The notes under the pieces are model-generated. The model did not search any database. It saw nothing but the letters and a program-made list of their open reading frames with translations, and had not been told where the DNA came from. 64,000 bases of DNA from a bacterium. GTDB lineage: Bacteria; Patescibacteriota; Minisyncoccia; Phycocordibacterales; UBA2100. The DNA is taken from positions 82,196 to 146,195 of the forward strand of contig JAUSJH010000009.1 in assembly GCA_030647655.1 (NCBI GenBank), in the 5' to 3' direction. Made by a program: the position numbers and the translations under genes. Positions 36,702 to 46,008 of the stretch are shown one piece after another. Every line of letters starts with the position of its first letter. Position 1 is the stretch's first letter.

Positions 36702-37847
36702 ATGAGTATTGCACGAGTAGTGTCTGCGCTCTTGGGTGTTGGAATACTTTTCTCAGCGTCAGTCGTGTTTGCGCAAGGTGATGTAGCAAGCATCCAGAGT
36801 GCCTATCAACAATACAAAGATATTGGTGTTTCTACGATCAAGATCGTCGTGCCCACGGTTACGGAAGTACCGTTCGATCGCGATTTTCTGGAGCGTACGG
36901 ATTTCGCGGTTCTCGACACGACGACGGGCCGTTTCGAGCCCTCATATTTCATGCAGACAAACCTATCGACAGTACTTTTTGCCTCAAGCGATACAGGAAC
37001 AAGCATCGGCTCACTGTCGGACGGCAACACCACTTCGTACGCGTCGTTCGATGTACCGGGTGACAGATTTGTACGCTCAATCATACGTCTCCAAGCCGCA
37101 GAGCCTACTGTTGCGTCCGCCCTCACGATCGCGCTCGATGCGAACGTTGCGTTGCCTGCAACAGTTGCTGTTCGCGCTGGTGGAAAAGTGGTCGTTGCCG
37201 AACGTGCTCTTGATTCGACAGTCGTTCGCTTTCCTCAAACGCGCGCAGGCGACTGGACCATAGAGTTCACGCACGTGCAACCACTTCGGATCACAGAAAT
37301 GCATTTGGTTGAAGATAACGTCCCATCAGGTACACGGTCATTGCGTTTCCTCGCCCAACCGAACCATTCGTATCGGATATATTTCAATCCTGATCGCTCG
37401 GTTATTGTCTCGGTCGGTGAGTCGGGAAATCTTCTGGACAGCAGAGAGGTCTATCGTATCGTGAGCCCACAATCGCGTAGCAATCCTGCATACATACAAG
37501 CAGACGTCGATAGCGACGGGGTCCCCGACATCCGGGACAACTGCGCTTCGATCGCAAATACCGACCAAGCAGATGTCGATATGAACGGCCTTGGTGATGT
37601 GTGCCAAGATTTCGACCGCGATGGAGTATCGAACGTTGAAGACAACTGCAAGGACACGCCGAACGTTGGCCAGACCGACGCGGACGGTGATGGGATAGGC
37701 GATGTGTGTGATGCGGAAGAAAGCCGACTAACAGAGAAATATACATGGATCCCGTGGGTCGGCATCGGCTTTGCCGCGATTGTTATTGTAGTGCTGTTCG
37801 GTCTCACCGCTTTTGCGAAAAAAGAGGACGCCCCTGTTCAGTCGTGA
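36702..37847 (+). CDS. secreted protein with thrombospondin type-3-like Ca-binding repeats and C-terminal TM anchor
   Basis: Signal peptide; repeated DxDxDGxxDxxDNC motifs (DVDSDGVPDIRDNC, DVDMNGLGDVCQD, DRDGVSNVEDNC, DADGDGIGDVCD); C-terminal TM. Confidence 0.65.
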   Translation: MSIARVVSALLGVGILFSASVVFAQGDVASIQSAYQQYKDIGVSTIKIVVPTVTEVPFDRDFLERTDFAVLDTTTGRFEPSYFMQTNLSTVLFASSDTGTSIGSLSDGNTTSYASFDVPGDRFVRSIIRLQAAEPTVASALTIALDANVALPATVAVRAGGKVVVAERALDSTVVRFPQTRAGDWTIEFTHVQPLRITEMHLVEDNVPSGTRSLRFLAQPNHSYRIYFNPDRSVIVSVGESGNLLDSREVYRIVSPQSRSNPAYIQADVDSDGVPDIRDNCASIANTDQADVDMNGLGDVCQDFDRDGVSNVEDNCKDTPNVGQTDADGDGIGDVCDAEESRLTEKYTWIPWVGIGFAAIVIVVLFGLTAFAKKEDAPVQS

Positions 37848-37911
37848 GCGATTGTCAGTCATCCTAGTGGAAAAAAGGAACCGCGGCGTATATCCACGCT
37901 ATACTAGTCGA

Positions 37912-39129
37912 ATGGCGAAGTTCACCTATACCGCCGAGAAGACGGGTGGAGAGGTATACAAGGGTGTCGCGGAGGCGACAGACCGTTTTGAACTGTACGA
38001 TATTGTGCGACAAGAAGGAGGAAGGATAATTTCGGTCGAGGAGGTCGGAGGAAAGGGCTGGCTAAGCATGGCCTACTGGAACTCACTTTTCTCGCATATC
38101 AGCGAATACGAAAAAATCCTTTTCGCGCGCAACTTGGGCGCGATGCTTTCTGCGGGCCTCGCGCTTGTGCGGGCGCTTTCTGTCATCGAACGGCAGACCA
38201 AGAACGCGAAAATGTCGAGCGTCGTCTCGTCTATTTCCTCGGATGTGCGCCGCGGCGACACTCTACACAGCGCTCTTGCCAAGTTCCCGAGCGTATTTCC
38301 GAAGCTTTTCGTCGCGATGGTGCGCGCGGGCGAGGAGGGCGGCGATCTACCCGCATCTCTTCAGGTCATAGCGGATCAGATGGAGCGCATGTATGCTCTC
38401 AAAAAAAAGATACGCGGCGCTCTCATCTATCCATGCATCGTTTTAATCGCGATTTTCGGCATCGGTGTTCTCATGATGATAGAGGTCGTGCCGACTCTTG
38501 CGCAGACGTTCGCGGAAATGAACGCAAAACTTCCAGCCTCGACCATGTTCATAATCGGGTTGAGCAATTTTCTCGTGCGGTACACCTTCGTGGCGCTGGG
38601 CCTCGTGGCGGGCATTATCGCACTCATTTATTTTGTGGCACGCACTTCTATCGGTAAACGCGGGCTCGACTTTTTCTTCCTGCACTTGCCCTTGATCGGT
38701 CCGATGGTGCGCGAGGTGAATGCCGCGCGCACATCACGCACTCTCGCCTCTCTTCTCACTTCCGGAGTCGACGTCATAACTTCGCTCGACATCGTCGGAG
38801 AAGTCGTCCAGAATTCGTACTTTCGGGAGGTCATACGCGACGCAGGAAAGGCGGTCGGCGGCGGCGAGCCTTTGTCTGCCGCGTTTACGCGCCGCGAAGA
38901 TCTTTACCCAGCGTTCGTGGGAGAGATGATGGCGGTCGGCGAGGAGACGGGGCAAGTGGGCGAGATGTTGAGGCGCCTCGCGCTTTTTTATGAGGACGAG
39001 GTGGACAGGAAGACCAAAGACATGTCGACCATTATCGAGCCGTTCCTCATGATCATCATCGGGGGCGCGGTCGGCTTCTTCGCGGTTTCCATGATCACAC
39101 CCATCTACCAACTCTCGGAGAACATTTAG
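37912..39129 (+). CDS. pilC: type IV pilus / T2SS platform protein PilC/GspF family
   Basis: Two GspF repeats and 3 TM helices. Start at MAKFTYT. Confidence 0.85.
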   Translation: MAKFTYTAEKTGGEVYKGVAEATDRFELYDIVRQEGGRIISVEEVGGKGWLSMAYWNSLFSHISEYEKILFARNLGAMLSAGLALVRALSVIERQTKNAKMSSVVSSISSDVRRGDTLHSALAKFPSVFPKLFVAMVRAGEEGGDLPASLQVIADQMERMYALKKKIRGALIYPCIVLIAIFGIGVLMMIEVVPTLAQTFAEMNAKLPASTMFIIGLSNFLVRYTFVALGLVAGIIALIYFVARTSIGKRGLDFFFLHLPLIGPMVREVNAARTSRTLASLLTSGVDVITSLDIVGEVVQNSYFREVIRDAGKAVGGGEPLSAAFTRREDLYPAFVGEMMAVGEETGQVGEMLRRLALFYEDEVDRKTKDMSTIIEPFLMIIIGGAVGFFAVSMITPIYQLSENI

Positions 39130-39130
39130 T

Positions 39131-40873
39131 ATGCGAACAATGGGCGAGCGCGGGGTGACTTTGATAGACACCGTCGTCGGAAGCGCGCTCATGCTCGTCA
39201 TTTTCCTCGGGATTGGTGCGGCATTCCAGCTTTCGGTCGATGTCGTTACCAACAACAAAGCGCGCGGTGGGGCAATCGCTCTCGCAGCCGAACGCATGGA
39301 ATACATCCGGAGCCTCACGTATGCTTCGGTCGGCACTTCGGGCGGCATTCCCGCGGGCGGAATCGCACAGTCAGAAACGGTCGTTCAAAATGGCATCACA
39401 TACACGCGCCGCACCGTCGTCGAATATGCAGATGACCCGAAGGATGGCTCGGGCGCGGCCGACGGGAACGGCATTACTTCGGATTACAAGGTCGCGAAGG
39501 TTGACGTCGCGTGGACCTCGCGCACGGGGACCCGCCACATCACACTCGTCTCGCGATTTGAACCTCCTGCAGGAATGGAAATAGCGTGCGCGCCTCCGTG
39601 CGGCACGCTCACCGTGAACGTGGCCAATGCCGCCTCACAGCCTCTCTCTAGCGTATCGGTTTCCATCGTGAACGCTTCGACCACACCCCCGATCAACATC
39701 AACACCTTCACCAATGCAAGCGGCACGGTCTCATTCATAGGCGCTCCCGCGTCCGCCGGATATGCCATAGTAGTGACGAAAACCGGTTACTCCACCGCGC
39801 GCACGTACAGCGTGACATCGGGGAATTCGGACCCGAATCCGGGGAATCTCACCGTATCCAACAACCAGACTACCGTGGGCACATTTCAAATCGACATACT
39901 CTCGACGCTGGCAGTCACCACGTATTCGCTTTCGACGAACACATGGTCGGACACGTTCTCAAATGACAGCAAAATCGGCGCCTCGACAAGCAATATTGAG
40001 GTAAGCGGCAATCGCGCGCGTTTTGCAGGGAGTCAGCCATGGACAGCACCTGCCGATCTCTATTCTCTGACCATCACACCAACCGCGCTTTCGCGTTGGG
40101 GGACCTTTTCTTGGAATGATACGCAACCTGCAGAAACGACTATAACCTATCATGTCTACTATCCTACCGGCCCCACTTTTTCACTTCTCCCCGATTCGGT
40201 CTTGGCAGGCAACAGCACGGGCTTTTCGGCGGGGACCTCTGTCGACTTGAGTGGCGTCCCTGCGAGCATATACCCGAGTCTCGTACTTCACGCGCATCTT
40301 GTCGCGCTCAATCCATCCGCACCCTCACCTTCTATTGAGGATTGGGAGCTCACCTACGAGAGCGGGCAGGGAATCGCAATTCCTTTCACATTGCGGGGTA
40401 TCAAGACTATCGGCAATGGGCCTAGTGGCGTCATATATAAGTACGATCAAGTCCACACCACAAATTCTTCAGGGACGCTCACTCTTCCTGCAATGGAGTG
40501 GGATACCTATACGATGACGGTCGCCACACCTACCGGATACGACATCGCGTCTTCGTGTCCGACACAGCCAATGGTGCTTGCACCGAATTCCTCACTCGCG
40601 GCGCAAATTTTCTTCTCCGCGCACACCGACAACTCACTTCTCGTTGATGTGAAAAATCCTACGGGAGGACTTCTTTCGGGCGCCTCTGTGCATCTGACCA
40701 AAGGCGGTTCCTACGACAAGACAACCACCACAGACGCATGCGGGCAGGCGTTCTTCAGCGCCCTCACGAATGGCAATTATTCTATCACCGCCTCTTCGAC
40801 GGGATATCAGACATACAGCTCGGATTTAGTGGATGTTACAGACACCTCTCGGTTCTCGATTACGCTCAATTAG
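39131..40873 (+). CDS. large pilin-like protein with prepilin-type N-terminus
   Basis: N-terminus RGVTLIDTVVGSALMLVIFL is a class III signal-like segment, followed by about 540 aa of Thr/Ser-rich beta-rich sequence. Confidence 0.5.
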   Translation: MRTMGERGVTLIDTVVGSALMLVIFLGIGAAFQLSVDVVTNNKARGGAIALAAERMEYIRSLTYASVGTSGGIPAGGIAQSETVVQNGITYTRRTVVEYADDPKDGSGAADGNGITSDYKVAKVDVAWTSRTGTRHITLVSRFEPPAGMEIACAPPCGTLTVNVANAASQPLSSVSVSIVNASTTPPININTFTNASGTVSFIGAPASAGYAIVVTKTGYSTARTYSVTSGNSDPNPGNLTVSNNQTTVGTFQIDILSTLAVTTYSLSTNTWSDTFSNDSKIGASTSNIEVSGNRARFAGSQPWTAPADLYSLTITPTALSRWGTFSWNDTQPAETTITYHVYYPTGPTFSLLPDSVLAGNSTGFSAGTSVDLSGVPASIYPSLVLHAHLVALNPSAPSPSIEDWELTYESGQGIAIPFTLRGIKTIGNGPSGVIYKYDQVHTTNSSGTLTLPAMEWDTYTMTVATPTGYDIASSCPTQPMVLAPNSSLAAQIFFSAHTDNSLLVDVKNPTGGLLSGASVHLTKGGSYDKTTTTDACGQAFFSALTNGNYSITASSTGYQTYSSDLVDVTDTSRFSITLN

Positions 40874-40874
40874 T

Positions 40875-41483
40875 ATGCCTAGTATGCCGCACAGGAATCG
40901 TTGCAGGGGGATGACGCTCATCGAGGCGCTCGTCTGGATAGCGGTATTCGTAATGGTGATGCTCGCGCTCACGACCTCCGTCCTGTATTTCTATCGCACG
41001 AGCAATTACGCAATCCAGCAGGCGAGCGCCATATCTTCGGCGCAGAGGGGTATCGAAGCTTTGATGAAAATCGTGCGGGAGGCTTCCTACGCGTCGAACG
41101 GTGCATATCCGGTCGCAGAAATCGCGACCAGCAGTCTCACGTTCTACGCCGATGCCGATTCCGACGCCGCGATAGAACGAGTGCACTACTATCTGCAGAA
41201 CAATACGCTGATGAAAGGTGTGCTCGATCCGAGCGGTGATCCGCCAGCATACAGCGGAGCGGAGGCGACATCCACCATTTCGGAGAATCTGCGCAACACA
41301 GCACTCGGCGTCTCCCTTTTCACCTACTACAACAAGAGCGGCGTACAGATAAGCGATTATACGCGCATCGCCGACGTTCGGTTCGTGTCGGTGGTTATCT
41401 ATGTCGACGTTGATCCTGGGAAAACCCCTACCCCGATTTTTCTGCGGTCATCGGCGGCGATGCGCAATCTCGTTGGAAAATAG
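40875..41483 (+). CDS. pseudopilin / minor pilin with prepilin N-terminal methylation motif
   Basis: G|MTLIEALVWIAVFVMVMLAL. Confidence 0.6.
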   Translation: MPSMPHRNRCRGMTLIEALVWIAVFVMVMLALTTSVLYFYRTSNYAIQQASAISSAQRGIEALMKIVREASYASNGAYPVAEIATSSLTFYADADSDAAIERVHYYLQNNTLMKGVLDPSGDPPAYSGAEATSTISENLRNTALGVSLFTYYNKSGVQISDYTRIADVRFVSVVIYVDVDPGKTPTPIFLRSSAAMRNLVGK

Positions 41484-41484
41484 T

Positions 41485-42975
41485 ATGCGGCACCAGACAC
41501 CAGACACCAGAGACCGGAAAACAGACGAAAGCGCTGTTGCCCGTTGCCCGTTGCCTATTGCTTGCGCGCAAGCAGGAGTTACCACCATGATGGTCATTGC
41601 CTTTATGGGGATTTTCCTCCTCATCATGGGCACTATCACGAGTTATGCGTTTGAGCAGGCAAAATATGGTCGTGCGCTCTACGGGCGCGAGCAGGCGCTC
41701 GCGATAGCCGAAAGCGGGCTCGAGTACTATCGTTGGTTCCTCGCGCACAATCCGGGCAATCTTACCAACGGAACCGGACTGCCCGGCCCCTACACTTACA
41801 CAGTGAACGATCCGGAAGGGGGCACGTTGGGGAACGCATCTCTGACGGTGACGGGGAACTCTCAATGCGGCGTCATCCAATCTATCGATATCACATCACG
41901 CGGAACGTCCAATGCGAATGTCGGGTTCCCGCGCACGCTCTTTGCGCGCTACATGCGTCCGTCGGTCGCGGCGTATTCGTATCTTCTCAAAAGCAACGTA
42001 TGGGCGGGCCCCGACCGCAACATCACCGGCCGGTATCACTCCAACGGGGGAATCCGCATGGACGGCACCAACAACTCCGACGTTTCCAGTGCCCTCACCA
42101 CTTGGACGTGTGACGCGGGCTCAGGGTGTCCCTCGACAAAAAATGGTGTGTTCGGTGCGGGGCCGGGGTTTGCGCTCTGGTACAATTCGGCCGCTTCGGT
42201 AGATTTTGCCGGCATCGCGACATCTCTCGCGAGCCTCAAGACCTATGCGCAGACAGGCGGCGGATTGTATTTTGCCTCCTCTACCGGGTCAGTAACCAGT
42301 CGCGGGTACCACATGCTCTTCAAATCGAACGGGACGGTCGATGTGTCCCGCGTGACAGGGACGGTGGGAGTGAAGGGCTCGGCTGACGGCTCCACGTTTC
42401 CCACCGAGTACAACATCATTGCCAACAAAACATTGCTCGGCAATTACACCATCCCCGCCTCATGCAGTTTGATTTTCGCCGATGACCGCGTATGGGTCGA
42501 AGGAGTCGTGAAGGGAAAAGTAACGGTCGTTGCGGCAACACCCTCCGACACAGGGACCTCGCCGGATGCGATAATTGCCAACAACATCACATACGCCGCA
42601 AACGATGGCACGTCGGGCCTTACTGTTATGTCGGAGCGCAACGTCCTTATCCCTCTTACGTCACCCGACATAATGGAAATCCACGGCATCTTTGTTGCCC
42701 AAAGCGGATACTATGGACGCAATCACTACACGACGAGCGGAAATAACGAAGTACCTTCGCAATACGATTCTTATGTCATGCAAACGCAGTTGACGACCGT
42801 CGGCACGATTGTTTCCGCGGGGCGCACGGGAACGAAGTGGACAAACGGCGGCGTCTTCGTTTCAGGCTACGCGACGCGCGTAGACGCATACGACCAACTG
42901 CAGGCGATGAACCCGCCACCTTTCACACCATCCGCATCGACGGACTACAGCTTCGTTTTGTGGCGTGAGCAATGA
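41485..42975 (+). CDS. pilus-associated protein (PilX-like minor pilin candidate)
   Basis: N-terminal hydrophobic segment QAGVTTMMVIAFMGIFLLIMG, then a large extracellular region. Contains a (CACCAGA)x3 repeat at its 5' end. Confidence 0.45.
   Translation: MRHQTPDTRDRKTDESAVARCPLPIACAQAGVTTMMVIAFMGIFLLIMGTITSYAFEQAKYGRALYGREQALAIAESGLEYYRWFLAHNPGNLTNGTGLPGPYTYTVNDPEGGTLGNASLTVTGNSQCGVIQSIDITSRGTSNANVGFPRTLFARYMRPSVAAYSYLLKSNVWAGPDRNITGRYHSNGGIRMDGTNNSDVSSALTTWTCDAGSGCPSTKNGVFGAGPGFALWYNSAASVDFAGIATSLASLKTYAQTGGGLYFASSTGSVTSRGYHMLFKSNGTVDVSRVTGTVGVKGSADGSTFPTEYNIIANKTLLGNYTIPASCSLIFADDRVWVEGVVKGKVTVVAATPSDTGTSPDAIIANNITYAANDGTSGLTVMSERNVLIPLTSPDIMEIHGIFVAQSGYYGRNHYTTSGNNEVPSQYDSYVMQTQLTTVGTIVSAGRTGTKWTNGGVFVSGYATRVDAYDQLQAMNPPPFTPSASTDYSFVLWREQ
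41491..41511 (+). repeat. heptanucleotide tandem repeat (CACCAGA)x3
   Basis: Seen directly, 6 nt after the ATG at 41485. Confidence 0.6.
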
Positions 42976-43000
42976 TTATCCATCATGCTACAATCGGCGC

Positions 43001-43756
43001 ATGAAAGCGCTCGTGGTCGCGAATTGGAAGATGAATCCTCCCACTTTCCGAGAGGCAAAAAAACTCCTTGAGACGACGCGGAAGGCAGCCGATGCTACAG
43101 AGCACGTGACGCTCGTAGTGGCACCACCCGCGATATTCTTGCGCGAGTTGCGCGCCCGCCACAAAGGAAAAAAAATTGCCTTTGCGCTCCAAAATGCGAG
43201 TGCGGAAGAAAGCGGTGCATACACGGGAGAAATATCACTTGCGCAAGGCGCGGACGCGGGTGCTACCTACGCAATCGTCGGGCATGCCGAGCGTAGAGCG
43301 ATGGGGGAGAGTAGTGATGACACGCAAAAAAAAGTCGCCGCGGCCCTTGCAGCAAATATGACGCCTATTTTATGCGTCGGCGAAGCTACGCGCACGGCTT
43401 CCGCAGAATATTTCGGTGTTGTGAAAGAACAACTTCGCATCGGCCTTGCCGATATCTCATCCTCACAACTCGGTAGCGTCATCATCTCGTACGAGCCAGT
43501 CTGGGCTATCGGCGGCGAGAAGACAATGAGCCCGCGGGATATGCATGAAATGGCGATTTTCATCAGGAAAACGGTCGTCGAACTGCACGGCGAAAAAGGT
43601 ATGGGTGTAAAGATTATTTATGGAGGCGCCGCTACGGAATCCAATGCGGCGAATATGCTCCGCGACGGGGATGTAGATGGCCTTCTTGTGGGGCATGTGA
43701 GTGTCGATGCGCCACGCTTCGCGGCGCTCTTACAGGCTATAGAGGACGCGACATGA
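43001..43756 (+). CDS. tpiA: triosephosphate isomerase
   Basis: MKALVVANWKMN...VGHAERR...YEPVWAIGG...IYGGA. Confidence 0.9.
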   Translation: MKALVVANWKMNPPTFREAKKLLETTRKAADATEHVTLVVAPPAIFLRELRARHKGKKIAFALQNASAEESGAYTGEISLAQGADAGATYAIVGHAERRAMGESSDDTQKKVAAALAANMTPILCVGEATRTASAEYFGVVKEQLRIGLADISSSQLGSVIISYEPVWAIGGEKTMSPRDMHEMAIFIRKTVVELHGEKGMGVKIIYGGAATESNAANMLRDGDVDGLLVGHVSVDAPRFAALLQAIEDAT

Positions 43757-44883
43757 GGTGCATCGACAAAATACCGGCGGGTGAGTTGAAAGGGAAGCGA
43801 GTATTTTTGCGCACGATACTTAATCTCCCGACTGCGCCAGACGGTAGCGTGACCGACATCTTTCGTCTCAAGCAAGGACTTCCCACCGTCGAGTTTCTCG
43901 TGAAGAACGGCGCGAAGGTAATCATCGCGGGATATTTCGGGCGCAAAGGAGAAAGTATGCGGCCCGTTGCCGAAGCACTTCAGAAACTTGCTCCGGAAAT
44001 CAAGATATATTTCTTCGGGACTCCGTTTGAACAAGCGCCAGCTGAAGCGGCTGCTCTCAAAGAAGGCGAGTGTCTTGTTTTGGAAAATACTCGTCGCGAC
44101 CCTGGAGAGGAATCGAATGATCCCAAATTTGTACGACTTCTTGCAAGTATGGCAGATATATTTGTGAGTGATTCACTACCCGACGCACATCGCAACTACG
44201 CCTCGAGTGTCGGTATTGCAAAAGTTCTCCCACCGTACGCCGGATTTCTTATGCGAGACGAGGTAGCTAATCTTTCGGTCGCGCGGACACCCGAACATCC
44301 GTCACTCGCTATTCTCGGCGGCGCGAAATTCGAGACCAAAGCGCCGCTCATCAAGTTGTTGCTTGAAAAATATGACCATGTGTTCATCGCCGGCGCCCTC
44401 GCGAACGATGTTTTCAAAGCGCGCGGACTTCCTGTCGGCCGCTCGCTTATCTCAAAGGAATTACCGAGTGAGAACATTCTTTCGAACCCGCGTTTTCTTG
44501 CACCAATTGATGTCACGGTAGAGCGCTCGGACGGGCAGGCGCGCGTAAAAAAGCCGCAAGAGGTGGACACCGACGACAAAATCGTTGATATCGGACCGGA
44601 CACCATAGCACTTCTCGCACCGCACATCGCAAGCGCAAAATTCATTCTCTGGAGCGGCCCCACCGGCATGTACGAGAACGGATACATCTCATGGACGACC
44701 GCGCTCGCGGAGCTGATAGCGACGAGTAACGCAAAGAAGGTCATCGGCGGCGGCGACACCATCGCCGCGATAGAAGCAACGGGTGTGCCGCAGGAGAAAT
44801 TGGGATTTCTCTCGACCGGTGGCGGCGCGATGTTGGCGTACTTGTTAAAAGGCACGCTTCCCGGAATCGCGGCGCTCGGCTGA
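43753..44883 (+). CDS. pgk: phosphoglycerate kinase
   Basis: KRVFLRTILNLP..., GAKVIIAGYFGR, C-terminal GGGDTIAAIE. ATGA overlap with tpiA. Confidence 0.9.
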   Translation: MRCIDKIPAGELKGKRVFLRTILNLPTAPDGSVTDIFRLKQGLPTVEFLVKNGAKVIIAGYFGRKGESMRPVAEALQKLAPEIKIYFFGTPFEQAPAEAAALKEGECLVLENTRRDPGEESNDPKFVRLLASMADIFVSDSLPDAHRNYASSVGIAKVLPPYAGFLMRDEVANLSVARTPEHPSLAILGGAKFETKAPLIKLLLEKYDHVFIAGALANDVFKARGLPVGRSLISKELPSENILSNPRFLAPIDVTVERSDGQARVKKPQEVDTDDKIVDIGPDTIALLAPHIASAKFILWSGPTGMYENGYISWTTALAELIATSNAKKVIGGGDTIAAIEATGVPQEKLGFLSTGGGAMLAYLLKGTLPGIAALG

Positions 44884-44976
44884 CTTGCCTCGCGAAGCGT
44901 TCCTGTGCCAAGATGCCCGCGGGAGCCGTGCTAAGGCTCACAATAGCTAAACAGAAGGGCGGGGGAGACCCCGTGT

Positions 44977-45525
44977 ATGAAAATGCCATTCTTTCTCAAT
45001 CGGTTCTGGCCGACCGTCGTTCTCGTCCTGATGACGACTACCTACCTGACGGGAGTCAAATACGGCATGTCGACATCGAATGCTTTGGCGGCGGCGGCAT
45101 GGACGGGGTTCGTAACGTTCTTGCTGGTCGTTGGCGTTATCAACGAATCTGGAGGCCGTCACCGGATGGATAATCCGATCGCGCTGTGGGTGACATCCTT
45201 CATGGCGTTCGCTCCGGTAGGACCCGCAGCGTATTCTGGCAATGTGTATCTCTCGGTGCTCATTGTCATCGCGACGGTTCTTATGGCCGGCGCCATCGTC
45301 TATCTGCTCGAGCGAGCGATTATCGGCGGGAGAAAAGGTCTGTGGTCGCTCGAGTACGGGCTCGTCCCGCTCGGTGTCGTTTTTGCCGCGGGGCTCGAGG
45401 TCAGCGGCAAACACGAGTGGGCGGGTGCCTTGCTCGCGGTCTGTTGGTTCCTGCACTTTTTCTTCAAACAGATACCCCAGCTTCTTGCGAGCGTGGGCAT
45501 CATGCCTCTCCGCAGTGGCGGATGA
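44977..45525 (+). CDS. hypothetical membrane protein (5-6 TM)
   Basis: Hydrophobicity only. Confidence 0.4.
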   Translation: MKMPFFLNRFWPTVVLVLMTTTYLTGVKYGMSTSNALAAAAWTGFVTFLLVVGVINESGGRHRMDNPIALWVTSFMAFAPVGPAAYSGNVYLSVLIVIATVLMAGAIVYLLERAIIGGRKGLWSLEYGLVPLGVVFAAGLEVSGKHEWAGALLAVCWFLHFFFKQIPQLLASVGIMPLRSGG

Positions 45526-45570
45526 GGTGACAGGCGCGCCGGGAAAGTTCCCCCGACGCGCCTTCGACTT

Positions 45571-45984
45571 TTACGTTAGCGCAGAGCGGATTTTGTCGGC
45601 CGTTTTTGCGAACTCTCCCTCGGCGTACGGTTTTCCGGGCCAGAGCGAGTGCGGGTCTCCTGCAAAGCGCGGCATCACGTGTACGTGCGCATGGAATACT
45701 ACTTGCCCTGCTCCAGCGCGGTTGTTCATGCCGAGATTAATGCCATCGGTCTTCAACGCTTTCTCCAAAGCGTGCGCGACGATGCGCGAGGCGCGCATGA
45801 CGGCTATCCAATCTTTGTCGTCTATCTCAAAGACGTCGGCCGAGTGTTTTTTGGGAATGACGAGCGCGTGTCCGGGATTCACCGGATTAATATCCAAAAA
45901 CGCGAGTGTCTCCGCATCTTCATAGATGATTTGTCCGGGAAGCTCTCGGGCGGCAATCTTGCAGAACAAACAATCAGTGTTCAT
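45571..45984 (-). CDS. HIT-family (histidine triad) nucleotide hydrolase
   Basis: CLFCKI..., HAHVHVMPRF. Confidence 0.8.
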   Translation of the reverse strand: MNTDCLFCKIAARELPGQIIYEDAETLAFLDINPVNPGHALVIPKKHSADVFEIDDKDWIAVMRASRIVAHALEKALKTDGINLGMNNRAGAGQVVFHAHVHVMPRFAGDPHSLWPGKPYAEGEFAKTADKIRSALT

Positions 45985-46008
45985 GCATCCAGTATACAAT
46001 AGAGCTTC

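Noticed and set aside
44196-44855. 219-aa minus-strand ORF antisense to pgk
   Set aside because: pgk is confidently identified on the plus strand.
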